The notes under the pieces: generated by a model
The model's input: the letters and a program-made list of their open reading frames with translations, nothing else
Told to the model about the DNA's origin: nothing
Database searches by the model: none
In this document: positions 20,173 to 29,621 of the stretch, one piece after another
Position numbering within the stretch: position 1 is the stretch's first letter
How the letters are laid out: every line of letters begins with the position of its first letter
Program-made: the position numbers and the translations under genes
Source of the DNA: a virus
Direction: 5' to 3' (one strand)
Virus record (IMG/VR): IMGVR_UViG_3300042290_000327
Coordinates: 32,001 to 96,000 of that record
Length of the DNA stretch: 64,000 nucleotides

Positions 20173-21091
20173 AAAGATTTTTATCACTGGCGGAGCAGGA
20201 TACCTAGGCCGGAATCTTGTTAAGAGGTATTATACTGATAATGAAATAACAGTGTACTCTAGAGACGAGGCAAAGCACTACTATCTTAAAAAAGAGTTCC
20301 CAAACATTAATTGTGTCATAGGAGACGTTCGCAACTACGACTTGCTTAAAAGAGCTTCTGCCGGACATACTATTGGGATTTTTGCTGCATCTCTAAAACA
20401 GATTGAAGCTGTAGATCAGAATGTAGAAGAAGGAGTACGAGTGATTGTAGATGGAGCTATTAATTCTAGAAGAGTAGCAGAAGAGAATAACTTTAAAGCA
20501 GCTTGCTTTATCTCCTCAGATAAATCTAGAGCAGCTACAACCCTATACGGTGCTATGAAGTTTGTAGCAGGAGAAGCTTTTATCGTAAATGCTGAAAAGT
20601 CTAACGTTAAGCTTTCCACTGCTATCTACGGTAACGTACTGAACTCAACCGGTTCAATTATCCCTTTGATGTGGGATGCAATCAGAAAAGGTTATAAACT
20701 TACTCTATACTCTCCTGAGATGACTCGTTTTATGATCGATATCGAGCAAGCTATTGACCTTATTGAGGCAGGTCTACAAGAAACTGGGTACAATGTCATA
20801 CCTAATTTAAACGCTTTTAAGGTAAGAGATCTGTTTGAAATTTATGCTGAAAAGTTTGGATTAGAATATAAACTCGGCACACCACGCATCTCTGAAAAGT
20901 TGCATGAAATGATGGTTTCAAAGGAGGAGAGGCCAAGAACATTTTTTAATGTAGGTAATAACACCTACTACATGCATTACAAAGATATCTCAGATAGGGA
21001 AGTAAGCTGGGAAGAATTTACAAGCGATCAAGTGGTAGTAAGTAAGCAGGAACTTGAAGATATTTTGCAACATAATAATTACTTCCAATGA
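20162..21091 (+). CDS. UDP-GlcNAc 4,6-dehydratase, PseB/FnlA/CapD family
   Basis: SRDEAK, GDVRN, AASLKQ, SSDK, YGAMK, YGNVL.S.GS, MTRF, EKLHE. Confidence 0.85.
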   Translation: MESEKIFITGGAGYLGRNLVKRYYTDNEITVYSRDEAKHYYLKKEFPNINCVIGDVRNYDLLKRASAGHTIGIFAASLKQIEAVDQNVEEGVRVIVDGAINSRRVAEENNFKAACFISSDKSRAATTLYGAMKFVAGEAFIVNAEKSNVKLSTAIYGNVLNSTGSIIPLMWDAIRKGYKLTLYSPEMTRFMIDIEQAIDLIEAGLQETGYNVIPNLNAFKVRDLFEIYAEKFGLEYKLGTPRISEKLHEMMVSKEERPRTFFNVGNNTYYMHYKDISDREVSWEEFTSDQVVVSKQELEDILQHNNYFQ

Positions 21092-21807
21092 ACGTTCTAA
21101 TACTAGGGCACAAAGGGATGCTCGGACACATGGTTTGCGAGTACCTTTCTGATAACGGGATCACAGTCACTGTTACCCCCTTCCGTTACTTAACTCCTGA
21201 TTTTGCCGATGCAGTAACTTCTTTTAAAGGAGAATATATTATTAACTGTATTGGAGCTATCCCTCAACGGACTAAAGACTTTTCTATTAACGAAACTTTA
21301 CCGCACTGGCTAGATACTTTAGCAAACACTAAAGTTATCCATCCAGGAACAGATTGTGAAATGGATAGCGATGAATATGGAGTTTCTAAAAGAGTAGCTA
21401 GAGATTTTCTTATATTGAAAGGAACAAGGACTAAGATACTTAAGACGTCAATAATTGGTCCTGAGCTAGATTCTAAAGTAAGCTTATTGGGATGGTTTTT
21501 AAATAGCGAAGGAAGTGTTACCGGCTACAGCAAAGCGATGTGGAGCGGTATTACAACTTTAGAATGGGCTAAACAGTGTTATAGTTTAATGCAAGATTGG
21601 GATAGTTACGGGGTAGAAAATATTATTCAAAGTACTTGCCTATCTAAATTTAATTTACTATCTTTAATAAAAGAAGTGTTTAATAAGGATATTGAAATCA
21701 TACCAAACCCTTTAGTAGAAGTAAATAAATGCCTTGTAGGAGGAATAGAAACGAAATCAATTAAAGAGCAGCTCATCGAGTTAAAAGAGTACTACTATGA
21801 TAATTGA
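21088..21807 (+). CDS. RmlD/FnlB-like sugar reductase
   Basis: GHKGMLG, INCIG, TDC, YGVSK, TSIIGPE, W.GITTLE. Confidence 0.75.
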   Translation: MNVLILGHKGMLGHMVCEYLSDNGITVTVTPFRYLTPDFADAVTSFKGEYIINCIGAIPQRTKDFSINETLPHWLDTLANTKVIHPGTDCEMDSDEYGVSKRVARDFLILKGTRTKILKTSIIGPELDSKVSLLGWFLNSEGSVTGYSKAMWSGITTLEWAKQCYSLMQDWDSYGVENIIQSTCLSKFNLLSLIKEVFNKDIEIIPNPLVEVNKCLVGGIETKSIKEQLIELKEYYYDN

Positions 21808-22729
21808 CCTAAACCCAGAGTTTGGCTACGAGCTTGTATGTGCAGCTCCTTATGCCTACTGGCTTAAAGAGCAAGGAGAGTACGTTAAGGTGATAACAAG
21901 TAAAGGAATGAAACCTTACTACTGGTTTTGTGACGAAGTAGAAGAAAAATATACTAACAGGTCTGTAGATAATTCTACTAACGGGGTACAGAATTTGCCT
22001 AACACCTGGGTACATCATAATGCTCTAGCTATTTTTGGGAAAGACTATAGTCTACTTACTGAACAAGAGCAGCAACAAGCCAACGGATGGTTAGATTACT
22101 CTCAATGGGTAGCACCTCCTTATGCTGAGAAGTATTCTAAAAAAGGAGTACCTGCTTTAAGTAACTATGTTATTATCTCAAATAGGTTTAACTTAGAGCA
22201 CGGGCAGGCACCTATCGGATACTTCGATATAGAGAGCTTGTATACTATGTTCAACATTCTAACCGAAAAAGGTTATAACATTATCTATAAACGACCTCGT
22301 AATACAGAGTTTACTACCGATCCTAATGAACTACAGAATAGAGATATCGTAGCCAATGTAGAAGGTCAAGGAGTAATCACCGACTACCAGCTTACAGAGT
22401 ACTTTGAGAATGTATACCTACTTGATGATATTGTTAATGAGGTAGGGGGTACATATAATGAAGCTCAGTTAGAAATATACTCTAGCGCAGAAGGATTTAT
22501 ATCTATGGGCGGAGGTTCAAGTATACTTTGTAGCTACTTTAATAAACCTGTTATTATTTACGTAAATACTTCTAAAGATATTAGACCGGGCTATTTTGAA
22601 GGAGAATCCTATTTTAATAAACTATCTAAAGCAAAGGTATTACCTGTAGTTGATACTTTAGACGAAATAGTTAAAAGAGGTTATCGAGATTATTCTAGGG
22701 TATTTGAATTTATTAAAGAAATATTGTAA
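21797..22729 (+). CDS. Putative glycosyltransferase (GT-B-like)
   Basis: EFGYEL, F.S.GGG.S..SYF; cluster context. Confidence 0.45.
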   Translation: MIIDLNPEFGYELVCAAPYAYWLKEQGEYVKVITSKGMKPYYWFCDEVEEKYTNRSVDNSTNGVQNLPNTWVHHNALAIFGKDYSLLTEQEQQQANGWLDYSQWVAPPYAEKYSKKGVPALSNYVIISNRFNLEHGQAPIGYFDIESLYTMFNILTEKGYNIIYKRPRNTEFTTDPNELQNRDIVANVEGQGVITDYQLTEYFENVYLLDDIVNEVGGTYNEAQLEIYSSAEGFISMGGGSSILCSYFNKPVIIYVNTSKDIRPGYFEGESYFNKLSKAKVLPVVDTLDEIVKRGYRDYSRVFEFIKEIL

Positions 22730-23580
22730 TGAAAGTTCTAGTTACAGGCGGCGCCGGTTTTATAGGAACAAACTTAATCAAAAAGTTATTGAAAGATGGG
22801 CATGAAGTTCAATCGTTTGATAACTACTCAACTGGATTAAAATCAAACGAAGTAGAAGGATGTAAGTATTGGAGTGGTAATATTCAAACAATATCTACAA
22901 TGTATAGTGTTTTTAAAGATTTTGATTTAGTATTTCACATGGCTGCAATTGCAAGAATTGGTCCATCATTTGAAAGACCTAATCAATACATTGATACAAA
23001 CTTTAATGGAACCTATGAGGTTGTAAAGTTTTGTATTAAAAACAATATACCTTTAATCTACGCAGGTTCTTCATCCAAGCACAGCGGTAAGTTCAAGAAC
23101 CCTTACACTTTCTCAAAAGACTTAGGTGAAGATATTATAAAGCTATACCAAAAGCACTATGGATTAAAAGCCTCTATTGCCCGCTTTTATAATGTTTACG
23201 GACCTCACCAGCTCACAGAAGGCGGGTATACAACTTTAATTGGAAAGTGGATTAGGAGTTGGGAGAATAAAGAAAAGTTCGTAATTTATGGGGATGGAGA
23301 ACAGAGACGAGACTTTACTCACGTTGATGATATTATTAATGCCCTTATCCTTATCATGTATAAGCAGGCATATGGATACGAATTCGAACTAGGAAGAGGT
23401 AAGAACCATTCAGTTAACGAAGTGTTAAAAATGTTTAACCAGATAGCCGACTACCTTCCAGCTCAACCAGGAGAAGCTCTTATAACCTTAAACACCGATC
23501 CTACTGCAGCTGAGGTCCTGGGTTGGAACCCATCTCGTAACTTAGAAGATTATTTAAGAAAGATTTTAAATGAAAATTAG
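22729..23580 (+). CDS. NAD-dependent epimerase/dehydratase
   Basis: TGGAGFIG, YTFSK, RFYNVYG, GDGEQRRDFTHV. Confidence 0.9.
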   Translation: MKVLVTGGAGFIGTNLIKKLLKDGHEVQSFDNYSTGLKSNEVEGCKYWSGNIQTISTMYSVFKDFDLVFHMAAIARIGPSFERPNQYIDTNFNGTYEVVKFCIKNNIPLIYAGSSSKHSGKFKNPYTFSKDLGEDIIKLYQKHYGLKASIARFYNVYGPHQLTEGGYTTLIGKWIRSWENKEKFVIYGDGEQRRDFTHVDDIINALILIMYKQAYGYEFELGRGKNHSVNEVLKMFNQIADYLPAQPGEALITLNTDPTAAEVLGWNPSRNLEDYLRKILNEN

Positions 23581-24757
23581 TTTTATACAACCTAGCCGGA
23601 ACAACTTAAAGTACCTTAAGTGGTCCTACCAAGCTATTAGAAAGAATCAAGGCGATCATGAGGTAGAGATCTGTGTAGCAGATGACGCATCTACAGACGG
23701 CACCTGGGACTGGTGTATGGAAACAGAAAAGAAAGATCCTAACTTTAAATGGATTCGTAACGAGGGACCTGAAAGGTTAGGTCACACAATTTTATACGAC
23801 CGTTTAATCAACGAAGTAGCAACAAAGGATATCGCTATGATCTACCATGCCGATATGTACTTATGCCCAGGAGCACTAGATGCTATTGAACAGGAGATTA
23901 AACCTCGCACAATTGTCTCTCTTACTAGAATTGAACCCCCTCTACACCCAGACGGCCCAGAGAAGATTTTAAGAGACTTTGGTGTAGAGCCGGAAGAGTT
24001 TAAGGAAGAAGCTTTGCTTGCTTTTATTAATTCCCGAGTACCTAATGATAATGTTACCGAAGGCGTGTTTGCCCCCTGGGCATTTTACCGAGAAGACTTC
24101 CAAAAGATCGGAGGACATGACCCTCTCTACGCACCTCAATCAAAAGAAGATTCAGATATCTTTAACCGGTTCCTCCTTGATGGAATAACATTTGTACAGA
24201 CTTGGCACGGATGTGTTTACCACATGACCTGCAGAGGGAGTAGACGTAATACGGCTGATAAAGCTAAGAACATCTACGAAGATAGTCCGGAGTGGCTAGC
24301 ACAGAATCAAAGAAGTTCTCGAAACTTTATACGCAAATGGGGCCACTTTGTTAAACACGATGCTTTAATGAAACCTATCGTATACCCTAAATACGATATT
24401 GGGATTAAAGTTACAGGATGTAACAGCGAGCTATTGGAGTTATTAGAGCCATGGTGTTCAACTATTCTAATCGATGATGAGATGCAAGTGCTAACCTCGC
24501 ACTATTTGGATAAAGAGCAGCCCAATACCAAAATAGATCTTAGTAAGAAGGTTAAGACTACTCCTTTGGATAAACTAGAGAATGAAGTAATAATTGGAAT
24601 AGATAGAGACACTTTTAAAGAAGGAGACTTTCAGATACTACAACAGCTACCTTTGATACTACAAATGAATGGAAGTCCAGGTAAGTTCATGTTAGGTACT
24701 ATGACTTTAAAGATTAAAGCACTAACTGAATATCAGAACACTTTAATCAATCTATAA
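23570..24757 (+). CDS. Glycosyltransferase family 2
   Basis: DDASTDGT, HADM, GGHD.LY...EDSD, YH..CRGS; paralogous to 19267. Confidence 0.85.
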   Translation: MKISFIQPSRNNLKYLKWSYQAIRKNQGDHEVEICVADDASTDGTWDWCMETEKKDPNFKWIRNEGPERLGHTILYDRLINEVATKDIAMIYHADMYLCPGALDAIEQEIKPRTIVSLTRIEPPLHPDGPEKILRDFGVEPEEFKEEALLAFINSRVPNDNVTEGVFAPWAFYREDFQKIGGHDPLYAPQSKEDSDIFNRFLLDGITFVQTWHGCVYHMTCRGSRRNTADKAKNIYEDSPEWLAQNQRSSRNFIRKWGHFVKHDALMKPIVYPKYDIGIKVTGCNSELLELLEPWCSTILIDDEMQVLTSHYLDKEQPNTKIDLSKKVKTTPLDKLENEVIIGIDRDTFKEGDFQILQQLPLILQMNGSPGKFMLGTMTLKIKALTEYQNTLINL

Positions 24758-24761
24758 ACAG

Positions 24762-24896
24762 ATGGGTAAGATCCATTTACAGGACTTAGATCGGCTAGAG
24801 GAAGAATCTCGTCCTTACCAGCCTATCAAGACCAATAGGAAGAAAAAAGTAAGTCCTATTTATAAAAAGGATAGCGACCAGTTGGATCGAAACTAA
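24762..24896 (+). CDS. Small hypothetical protein (44 aa)
   Basis: MGKIHLQDLDRLEEESRPYQPIK...; fills the gap; below the ORF-track cutoff. Confidence 0.4.
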   Translation: MGKIHLQDLDRLEEESRPYQPIKTNRKKKVSPIYKKDSDQLDRN

Positions 24897-24916
24897 ATTA
24901 TTCTTATATTTAAGCT

Positions 24917-25258
24917 ATGAAAGAACTACTTTTAAAAGAAATCCAAAACGTAATTGCTGAAGCTACTAAGGTAAACTTCAAGGGTAAGCAGTTTGTACTT
25001 AAAGTAGACGTTAACGAAGATCCTAACAAAAAAGGAATTAAAGTGCAGTTTATCCCTGCCGATATGTCTCCTATCAATCCTACCGAGCAGAATGAGATTG
25101 CTATGGCATTGAGTGATAAACTCGACTCAGGCTTGAAGCAATTCGGTATGCAGGTAGAGCGGGACAGGCAGCTCAAGGACAAGTCAGTGATTGGCTTCTT
25201 TATTTACATCGAGTATGTAGACAAAATTATTCGGCAGGCATTAGGAACTCAAGCTTAA
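24917..25258 (+). CDS. Hypothetical protein
   Basis: Preceded by both the late motif (24856) and an early-type promoter (24881). Confidence 0.65.
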   Translation: MKELLLKEIQNVIAEATKVNFKGKQFVLKVDVNEDPNKKGIKVQFIPADMSPINPTEQNEIAMALSDKLDSGLKQFGMQVERDRQLKDKSVIGFFIYIEYVDKIIRQALGTQA

Positions 25259-25272
25259 TTTAGTTTACTTTT

Positions 25273-25428
25273 ATGAAGAAATTTTCTTTCTACAGTCTTA
25301 CAGATAGTAGCCAGGAGGTGATTGGGTCTACCCGAGCATTTACCCGATTAGCAGCAGCAAAAAACTTTGCCGAAAGAAAGCATTTATCGCTTAAAAATTT
25401 TCTAAGTATATTTAGCGTCACAAGATGA
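25273..25428 (+). CDS. Small hypothetical protein (51 aa)
   Basis: MKKFSFYSLTDSSQEVIG...; ATGA-coupled to the next gene. Confidence 0.55.
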   Translation: MKKFSFYSLTDSSQEVIGSTRAFTRLAAAKNFAERKHLSLKNFLSIFSVTR

Positions 25429-25829
25429 AGCCTAAAGAAATGCTTAGACAAATACTCAAGGATGTTATACCTTTGAAGTACAGAATTAAAGAGGTACCCC
25501 GAAACAGAGAAGCTATGACTAAAGAATTATTTATCGAGATAGTCAAGCTTTTAAAAGAGATTGACGACAGGACCAACTTCGTAGCATCGGAGATTGGAAT
25601 GGATACAACCCAGTACGAGGATAAGTTCTTCAGGGTTATTGAGAATCTTATGCGGATTGCCTTCAACAGGGAGCAGGTATTCTTAATTGAGCTTTACTTA
25701 AATGAGATCGACTACAACGACAAAGAGGAGTGGGATGGTAACATCTCAGTAACTGTTGAGAAGAAAGAGCAAAAGATTGCTTTCCGTACCCCGGAGGATG
25801 TCTGGGAAGCTATTCAAAAGTTTAAGTAA
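25425..25829 (+). CDS. Hypothetical protein
   Basis: 134-aa ORF in the operon. Confidence 0.6.
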   Translation: MKPKEMLRQILKDVIPLKYRIKEVPRNREAMTKELFIEIVKLLKEIDDRTNFVASEIGMDTTQYEDKFFRVIENLMRIAFNREQVFLIELYLNEIDYNDKEEWDGNISVTVEKKEQKIAFRTPEDVWEAIQKFK

Positions 25830-25882
25830 AAAGTTGGAGACTAGTTGACTAGTTACTATCTTTAGTTAAATAAAAATAGAAT

Positions 25883-26272
25883 ATGAATAAAAGGTTTTGT
25901 AGTGTGTGTGGGGATGAGATTAATCCCCTGCGTGTAAAAGCTCTCCCGGAGACTAAGACTTGTATTAACCACTCTACTGTGGGTGCTAAGAGAGGTCGGA
26001 TTTTGACTTTAGGAGAGGGTGATCATACCTATAATGAGATTGAAATTTTAGATGAGGAGGTATACCGCCGAGTAGTAGCTTTGGAGTTTGGTGTTGATCG
26101 TTTAGCTGAAGAGATGCCTGAGATCCAGAACTACGATGCGACTATGGTTTCTGACGATACCCGAGCCCTGAGAGAGAAAGCTGAGAAGGTGCTTGAGGAT
26201 GAGGAAGACTCCAAGCTCCTTGAAGATCCTGAAGAGGTGATCGAGGAATCAGAAGAAGAAGAAGAGGAATAG
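25883..26272 (+). CDS. DksA/TraR-type zinc finger protein with acidic tail
   Basis: CSVCGDEINPLRVKALPETKTCINH; early promoter at 25833. Confidence 0.65.
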   Translation: MNKRFCSVCGDEINPLRVKALPETKTCINHSTVGAKRGRILTLGEGDHTYNEIEILDEEVYRRVVALEFGVDRLAEEMPEIQNYDATMVSDDTRALREKAEKVLEDEEDSKLLEDPEEVIEESEEEEEE

Positions 26273-26919
26273 TGGAGGAGAAGAAGAAAGGGCGTCCTAG
26301 TAAGATTTTGCTAAGGGAGGATATCGAGCGAGCAGTTAAGATGACTAAGTCAAATAAAGCTGCAGCTCGGTACCTCCACTGCTCTTTCCCTCACTACAGA
26401 AAGTATGCTGTCCTGTATACTAATCAGGATGGTGTGACTCTCTTTGAAGCTCATAAGAATCAGGCTGGGGTAGGGATACCTAAATTTCTAACAGGTAGGG
26501 CTACTCAAGCCCCTCTAGAGCAGATCCTGGACGGAACCTTTCCTGTTGAGCATTTCAAGCCTGCGAAGATTAAAGCAGCTTTGATATCAGAAGGTTACTT
26601 AGCTGAGAGTTGCAAGAGGTGTGACTTCGGTGAGAGCAGGCTCTTAGATGGAAAGATTCCTTTGATTTTGACTTTCAAAGATAAGAATAAGCACAACTAC
26701 CACCGGGATAACATCGAACTACTCTGTTACAACTGCTGCTTTCTCTATGCTGCTTCTCCTATTTCTGACGATCAGGTAGAGCAGATGGAGGATTACATTG
26801 AGATTCAGGTTAAGAATTTTGACTGGGAGATAGATCAATCTCATATTGACCATCTGAAAGAGCTGGGGCTGTGGGAGGACAATAAGAAGCCCGGTGATGA
26901 GTTTATATCCCGGGCATGA
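26272..26919 (+). CDS. HTH plus degenerate HNH-like zinc-binding protein
   Basis: SNKAAARYL helix, CKRC...N...NIELLCYNC; GTG start. Confidence 0.55.
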   Translation: MEEKKKGRPSKILLREDIERAVKMTKSNKAAARYLHCSFPHYRKYAVLYTNQDGVTLFEAHKNQAGVGIPKFLTGRATQAPLEQILDGTFPVEHFKPAKIKAALISEGYLAESCKRCDFGESRLLDGKIPLILTFKDKNKHNYHRDNIELLCYNCCFLYAASPISDDQVEQMEDYIEIQVKNFDWEIDQSHIDHLKELGLWEDNKKPGDEFISRA

Positions 26920-27137
26920 AAGTACCTAAGAAGAGACAGCGTCCCCAGCTCGACAGCGAGAAGAACAAGCAGTATCTTCTTAGCAAACATGCTGATAAGC
27001 TTTTAGAGCAGGATCAGAAGAATAAAAAGTTATCTGAAAAGTTGCTTAGAGGGGATATATTTACTATCTTTATCGAAGAAGAAAAAAATAAAGGTTATGA
27101 GCGAGAAGAGAGGACTGACGGAGAAGATCAAGTTTGA
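26916..27137 (+). CDS. Hypothetical basic protein
   Basis: ATGA-coupled; its 3' part overlaps the next promoter. Confidence 0.4.
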   Translation: MKVPKKRQRPQLDSEKNKQYLLSKHADKLLEQDQKNKKLSEKLLRGDIFTIFIEEEKNKGYEREERTDGEDQV

Positions 27138-27381
27138 GTTTAATACTGCTGGGGTATTAGAGATTCAGTATAATACCGGGACCTGGGGTAGAGTTACTGC
27201 GATTACTTTCCGGGCTTATGACGGACCTCGCCGGATTACCGAGCCTCAGTTTACTCAGAAGTCTAACCCTCATGTACCTATGAGGACCTATTTATACGAA
27301 GGACCTGTGTACTACTACGGCTCTAATAAGGAGGCTGTTAAGCAGAATAATCATACTGTTCGTAATTTGTATAACAGCTAA
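27097..27381 (+). CDS. Hypothetical protein
   Basis: Early promoter at 27041 and AAAGGTTATG leader. Confidence 0.65.
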   Translation: MSEKRGLTEKIKFEFNTAGVLEIQYNTGTWGRVTAITFRAYDGPRRITEPQFTQKSNPHVPMRTYLYEGPVYYYGSNKEAVKQNNHTVRNLYNS

Positions 27382-27390
27382 TCAATTTAT

Positions 27391-27699
27391 ATGAGACAGT
27401 TTGTATTCGAAAACCCGCAAGAATTTAGTACTTTCTTTTCAGGAAAGAACGTAAAGATTACTAATGCTATCACCGCCGGCATCAGAGTAGCTGTCAAGGC
27501 TAGGAAGAAACACGCTGACTTATTTGAGGTTAGCTTCGAAGGAGGAGATACTGCGTACGATATCAGTTTGCCATCTACCGAATGGCCGCAGGCTTTGGCT
27601 AAATGTTTAGAGTTCTACGAGGAGTCTCAGCTCTACGATGATGCCATCGATACTTACCAGCTTATCAAGCAACTCTCAAATGAAAGAGATCTTATCTAA
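27391..27699 (+). CDS. Hypothetical protein with UVR-like C-terminal motif
   Basis: ALAKCLEFYEESQLYDDA. Confidence 0.55.
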   Translation: MRQFVFENPQEFSTFFSGKNVKITNAITAGIRVAVKARKKHADLFEVSFEGGDTAYDISLPSTEWPQALAKCLEFYEESQLYDDAIDTYQLIKQLSNERDLI

Positions 27700-27913
27700 G
27701 ACCCGGCTAGACGGCTCTACTATCACCTATTTCATGTCCGATGATAAGAGGACTGTTACATCTGAACTATCTTACCCCAGGTCATTCAGGAATACCTATG
27801 AGGAGTTAGAGCATAGAAATGAAGGACTACCTAAGACCAAGCGTCAGTACATGACTGATGAAGGTAAGGTGGTAGGGTATCTTACTGCAAAAAAGTTAGG
27901 AATTATTACTTAG
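27680..27913 (+). CDS. Hypothetical protein
   Basis: Likely start MKEILSK at 27680. Confidence 0.5.
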   Translation: MKEILSKTRLDGSTITYFMSDDKRTVTSELSYPRSFRNTYEELEHRNEGLPKTKRQYMTDEGKVVGYLTAKKLGIIT

Positions 27914-27973
27914 GTTAGTTGGATCTAATCAAGTTAGTTCCTATCTTTAAGTATAATTAAAAACAAAATGGTT

Positions 27974-28795
27974 ATGATGATTTCAGATAGCAAGCAAGAC
28001 CGCGTAATGTCAATAGAAGATTTAAAGAAGGTAGTACCTTTTGCCTTCATTGATAAACCTACCCGAGAGGTATCAGATAAGTACGTTCACGTACCTACTA
28101 GCCGGGTGATAGAAGACTTAATGAGTATGGGTTGGGAGCCAGTCCAGGCAGCTCAGCGCCGAGGAAGAGCCGGGAAGGTTTCGATCTTCTCCAAGCATAT
28201 GATCAAGTTCCAGAATCCTAATTTAGTTATCAAAGGTGCTCAAGGTGATGATGTATTTCCTCAGATCATTCTTACTAACTCTCATGATGGAACTCAGTCG
28301 TTTAAGTTCATGATGGGGCTATATCGCCTTGTCTGTAGCAATGGACTGGTAGTTGCTGATGAGCAGTTTGCTAACTTCAAGATCCGGCATATGGGATATA
28401 GCTTTGAAGACCTTCAGAAGCTTATCGAGACTGCAGTAGTAGCGCTACCTAAGAAGGTAGAGGTTATCAATATGATGAAGGAAGTACAGATGACGGAGGT
28501 GCAGCAGAAAGACTTCGCTATGAAGGCTTACTTGCTTCGACGTGGTATCGAGATGAGCGATGAAGTTCAGGTAGAGGATGAGGTGTTAGAGGGTATTCTT
28601 TCTAGCCGCCGGACCCAAGACCAGGGCGATGATCTGTGGCTGACCTTTAATCGCATCCAAGAAGCTATCACCCAAGGAGGATTCAAAGGAGCTTTGAACG
28701 GAGCTAAGGTACGTCAGGTGCGTAAGATTAGGTCGTTTGAGAAAGATCTTAAGATCAATCAGGACTTATTCCAGCTAGCGTTACAGTATGCGTAA
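27974..28795 (+). CDS. DUF932/DUF945-family protein
   Basis: S..Y..VPT..VI, KHMIKF, NSHDG..SF, GLYRLVCSNGLV, RH.G, LW..FNRIQE; start follows the GGTTATG leader and promoter at 27918. Confidence 0.85.
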   Translation: MMISDSKQDRVMSIEDLKKVVPFAFIDKPTREVSDKYVHVPTSRVIEDLMSMGWEPVQAAQRRGRAGKVSIFSKHMIKFQNPNLVIKGAQGDDVFPQIILTNSHDGTQSFKFMMGLYRLVCSNGLVVADEQFANFKIRHMGYSFEDLQKLIETAVVALPKKVEVINMMKEVQMTEVQQKDFAMKAYLLRRGIEMSDEVQVEDEVLEGILSSRRTQDQGDDLWLTFNRIQEAITQGGFKGALNGAKVRQVRKIRSFEKDLKINQDLFQLALQYA

Positions 28796-28952
28796 GATAA
28801 GAGATAAGAAAGCCACCGCACCTGTCCGTTTCGAGAGAGACGGGCAGCTGTGGGAGGTAGTCTACAAGACAGCCGATATGGCTTATGCCGTTAAGCTCAA
28901 TAAGAAAGGCTCTCCGGTTGGTATCATTGAAAGGTTTTATGAGCAGGTCTAG
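28788..28952 (+). CDS. Small hypothetical protein (54 aa)
   Basis: MRKIRDKKATAPVRFERDGQLWEVVYKTADMAYAVKL...; overlaps the DUF932 stop. Confidence 0.5.
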   Translation: MRKIRDKKATAPVRFERDGQLWEVVYKTADMAYAVKLNKKGSPVGIIERFYEQV

Positions 28953-29087
28953 GGCAGGGAGGCCGAGGGGCGAGCGGAGGGGCGTTTCCCTCTCTCGCAC
29001 CGAAGGTGCCACGCGCATTCTCATCAAAAGCCCTACCGGGCTTGGAAAAATTTAGATAAAAGGATTAATAAAAAACAAATAAGAGTT

Positions 29088-29321
29088 ATGGAGTACGGAA
29101 GTATAAGATGGAGGCCGTGGGTGTGTCTGCTAAAAGATGATGAAGGTATCACGGATGTTAAGAGGTTTGATAACTTCCAGGACATGCTACAGTGGAGGTT
29201 AGAGAACATAAGGAAGGGTTTGAATGCCGTCTCTATGACAGAAGAATACTACCTCGGTCTTGAGACCGATGAACATGCGGAGTGGTGGAAGAGTGTTAAA
29301 CAGTTAATTGCATCTTTATGA
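29088..29321 (+). CDS. Hypothetical protein
   Basis: A-rich leader ending GAGTTATG. Confidence 0.55.
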   Translation: MEYGSIRWRPWVCLLKDDEGITDVKRFDNFQDMLQWRLENIRKGLNAVSMTEEYYLGLETDEHAEWWKSVKQLIASL

Positions 29322-29452
29322 GTAAGAGAATACCTTTAGACCAGGACCCTGCATTCCGGGACCTTAATTGGGACCTTCCTTTGAATAAGGATTGGGATGG
29401 CACGTTACAAGACGGACTAGAAAATGAAGAGTGGGATGATGAAGAAGAGTGA
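29318..29452 (+). CDS. Small acidic protein (44 aa)
   Basis: MSKRIPLDQDPAF...WDGTLQDGLENEEWDDEEE; ATGA-coupled. Confidence 0.5.
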   Translation: MSKRIPLDQDPAFRDLNWDLPLNKDWDGTLQDGLENEEWDDEEE

Positions 29453-29621
29453 ACAGGAGTGGGATCATTACTCGGGAATACCTTCACCGTTAGCCTACCA
29501 GAAAAGAGAGCTAGAAAAGAAGCTAGAGAGGGAGTACGATGATGATGATTCTCAGGATGATGATAGAGAGTATAACCCCGGTAAGAGGACTTACAGTGAT
29601 AGCCTTGAGGATGAAGAATAA
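29424..29621 (+). CDS. Small acidic protein
   Basis: WDHYSGIPSPLAY motif; true start may be a few codons downstream. Confidence 0.5.
   Translation: MKSGMMKKSEQEWDHYSGIPSPLAYQKRELEKKLEREYDDDDSQDDDREYNPGKRTYSDSLEDEE

Noticed and set aside
5728-24757. Bacterial chromosomal O-antigen locus or mis-assembly
   Set aside because: It is contiguous with phage genes on both sides, carries the phage late motif and has no flippase, polymerase or housekeeping genes. Read-level confirmation was not possible.
28816-28860. GNRA hairpin as a stand-alone ncRNA
   Set aside because: It falls inside a plausible 54-aa ORF coupled to the DUF932 gene, and nothing else supports a separate RNA.
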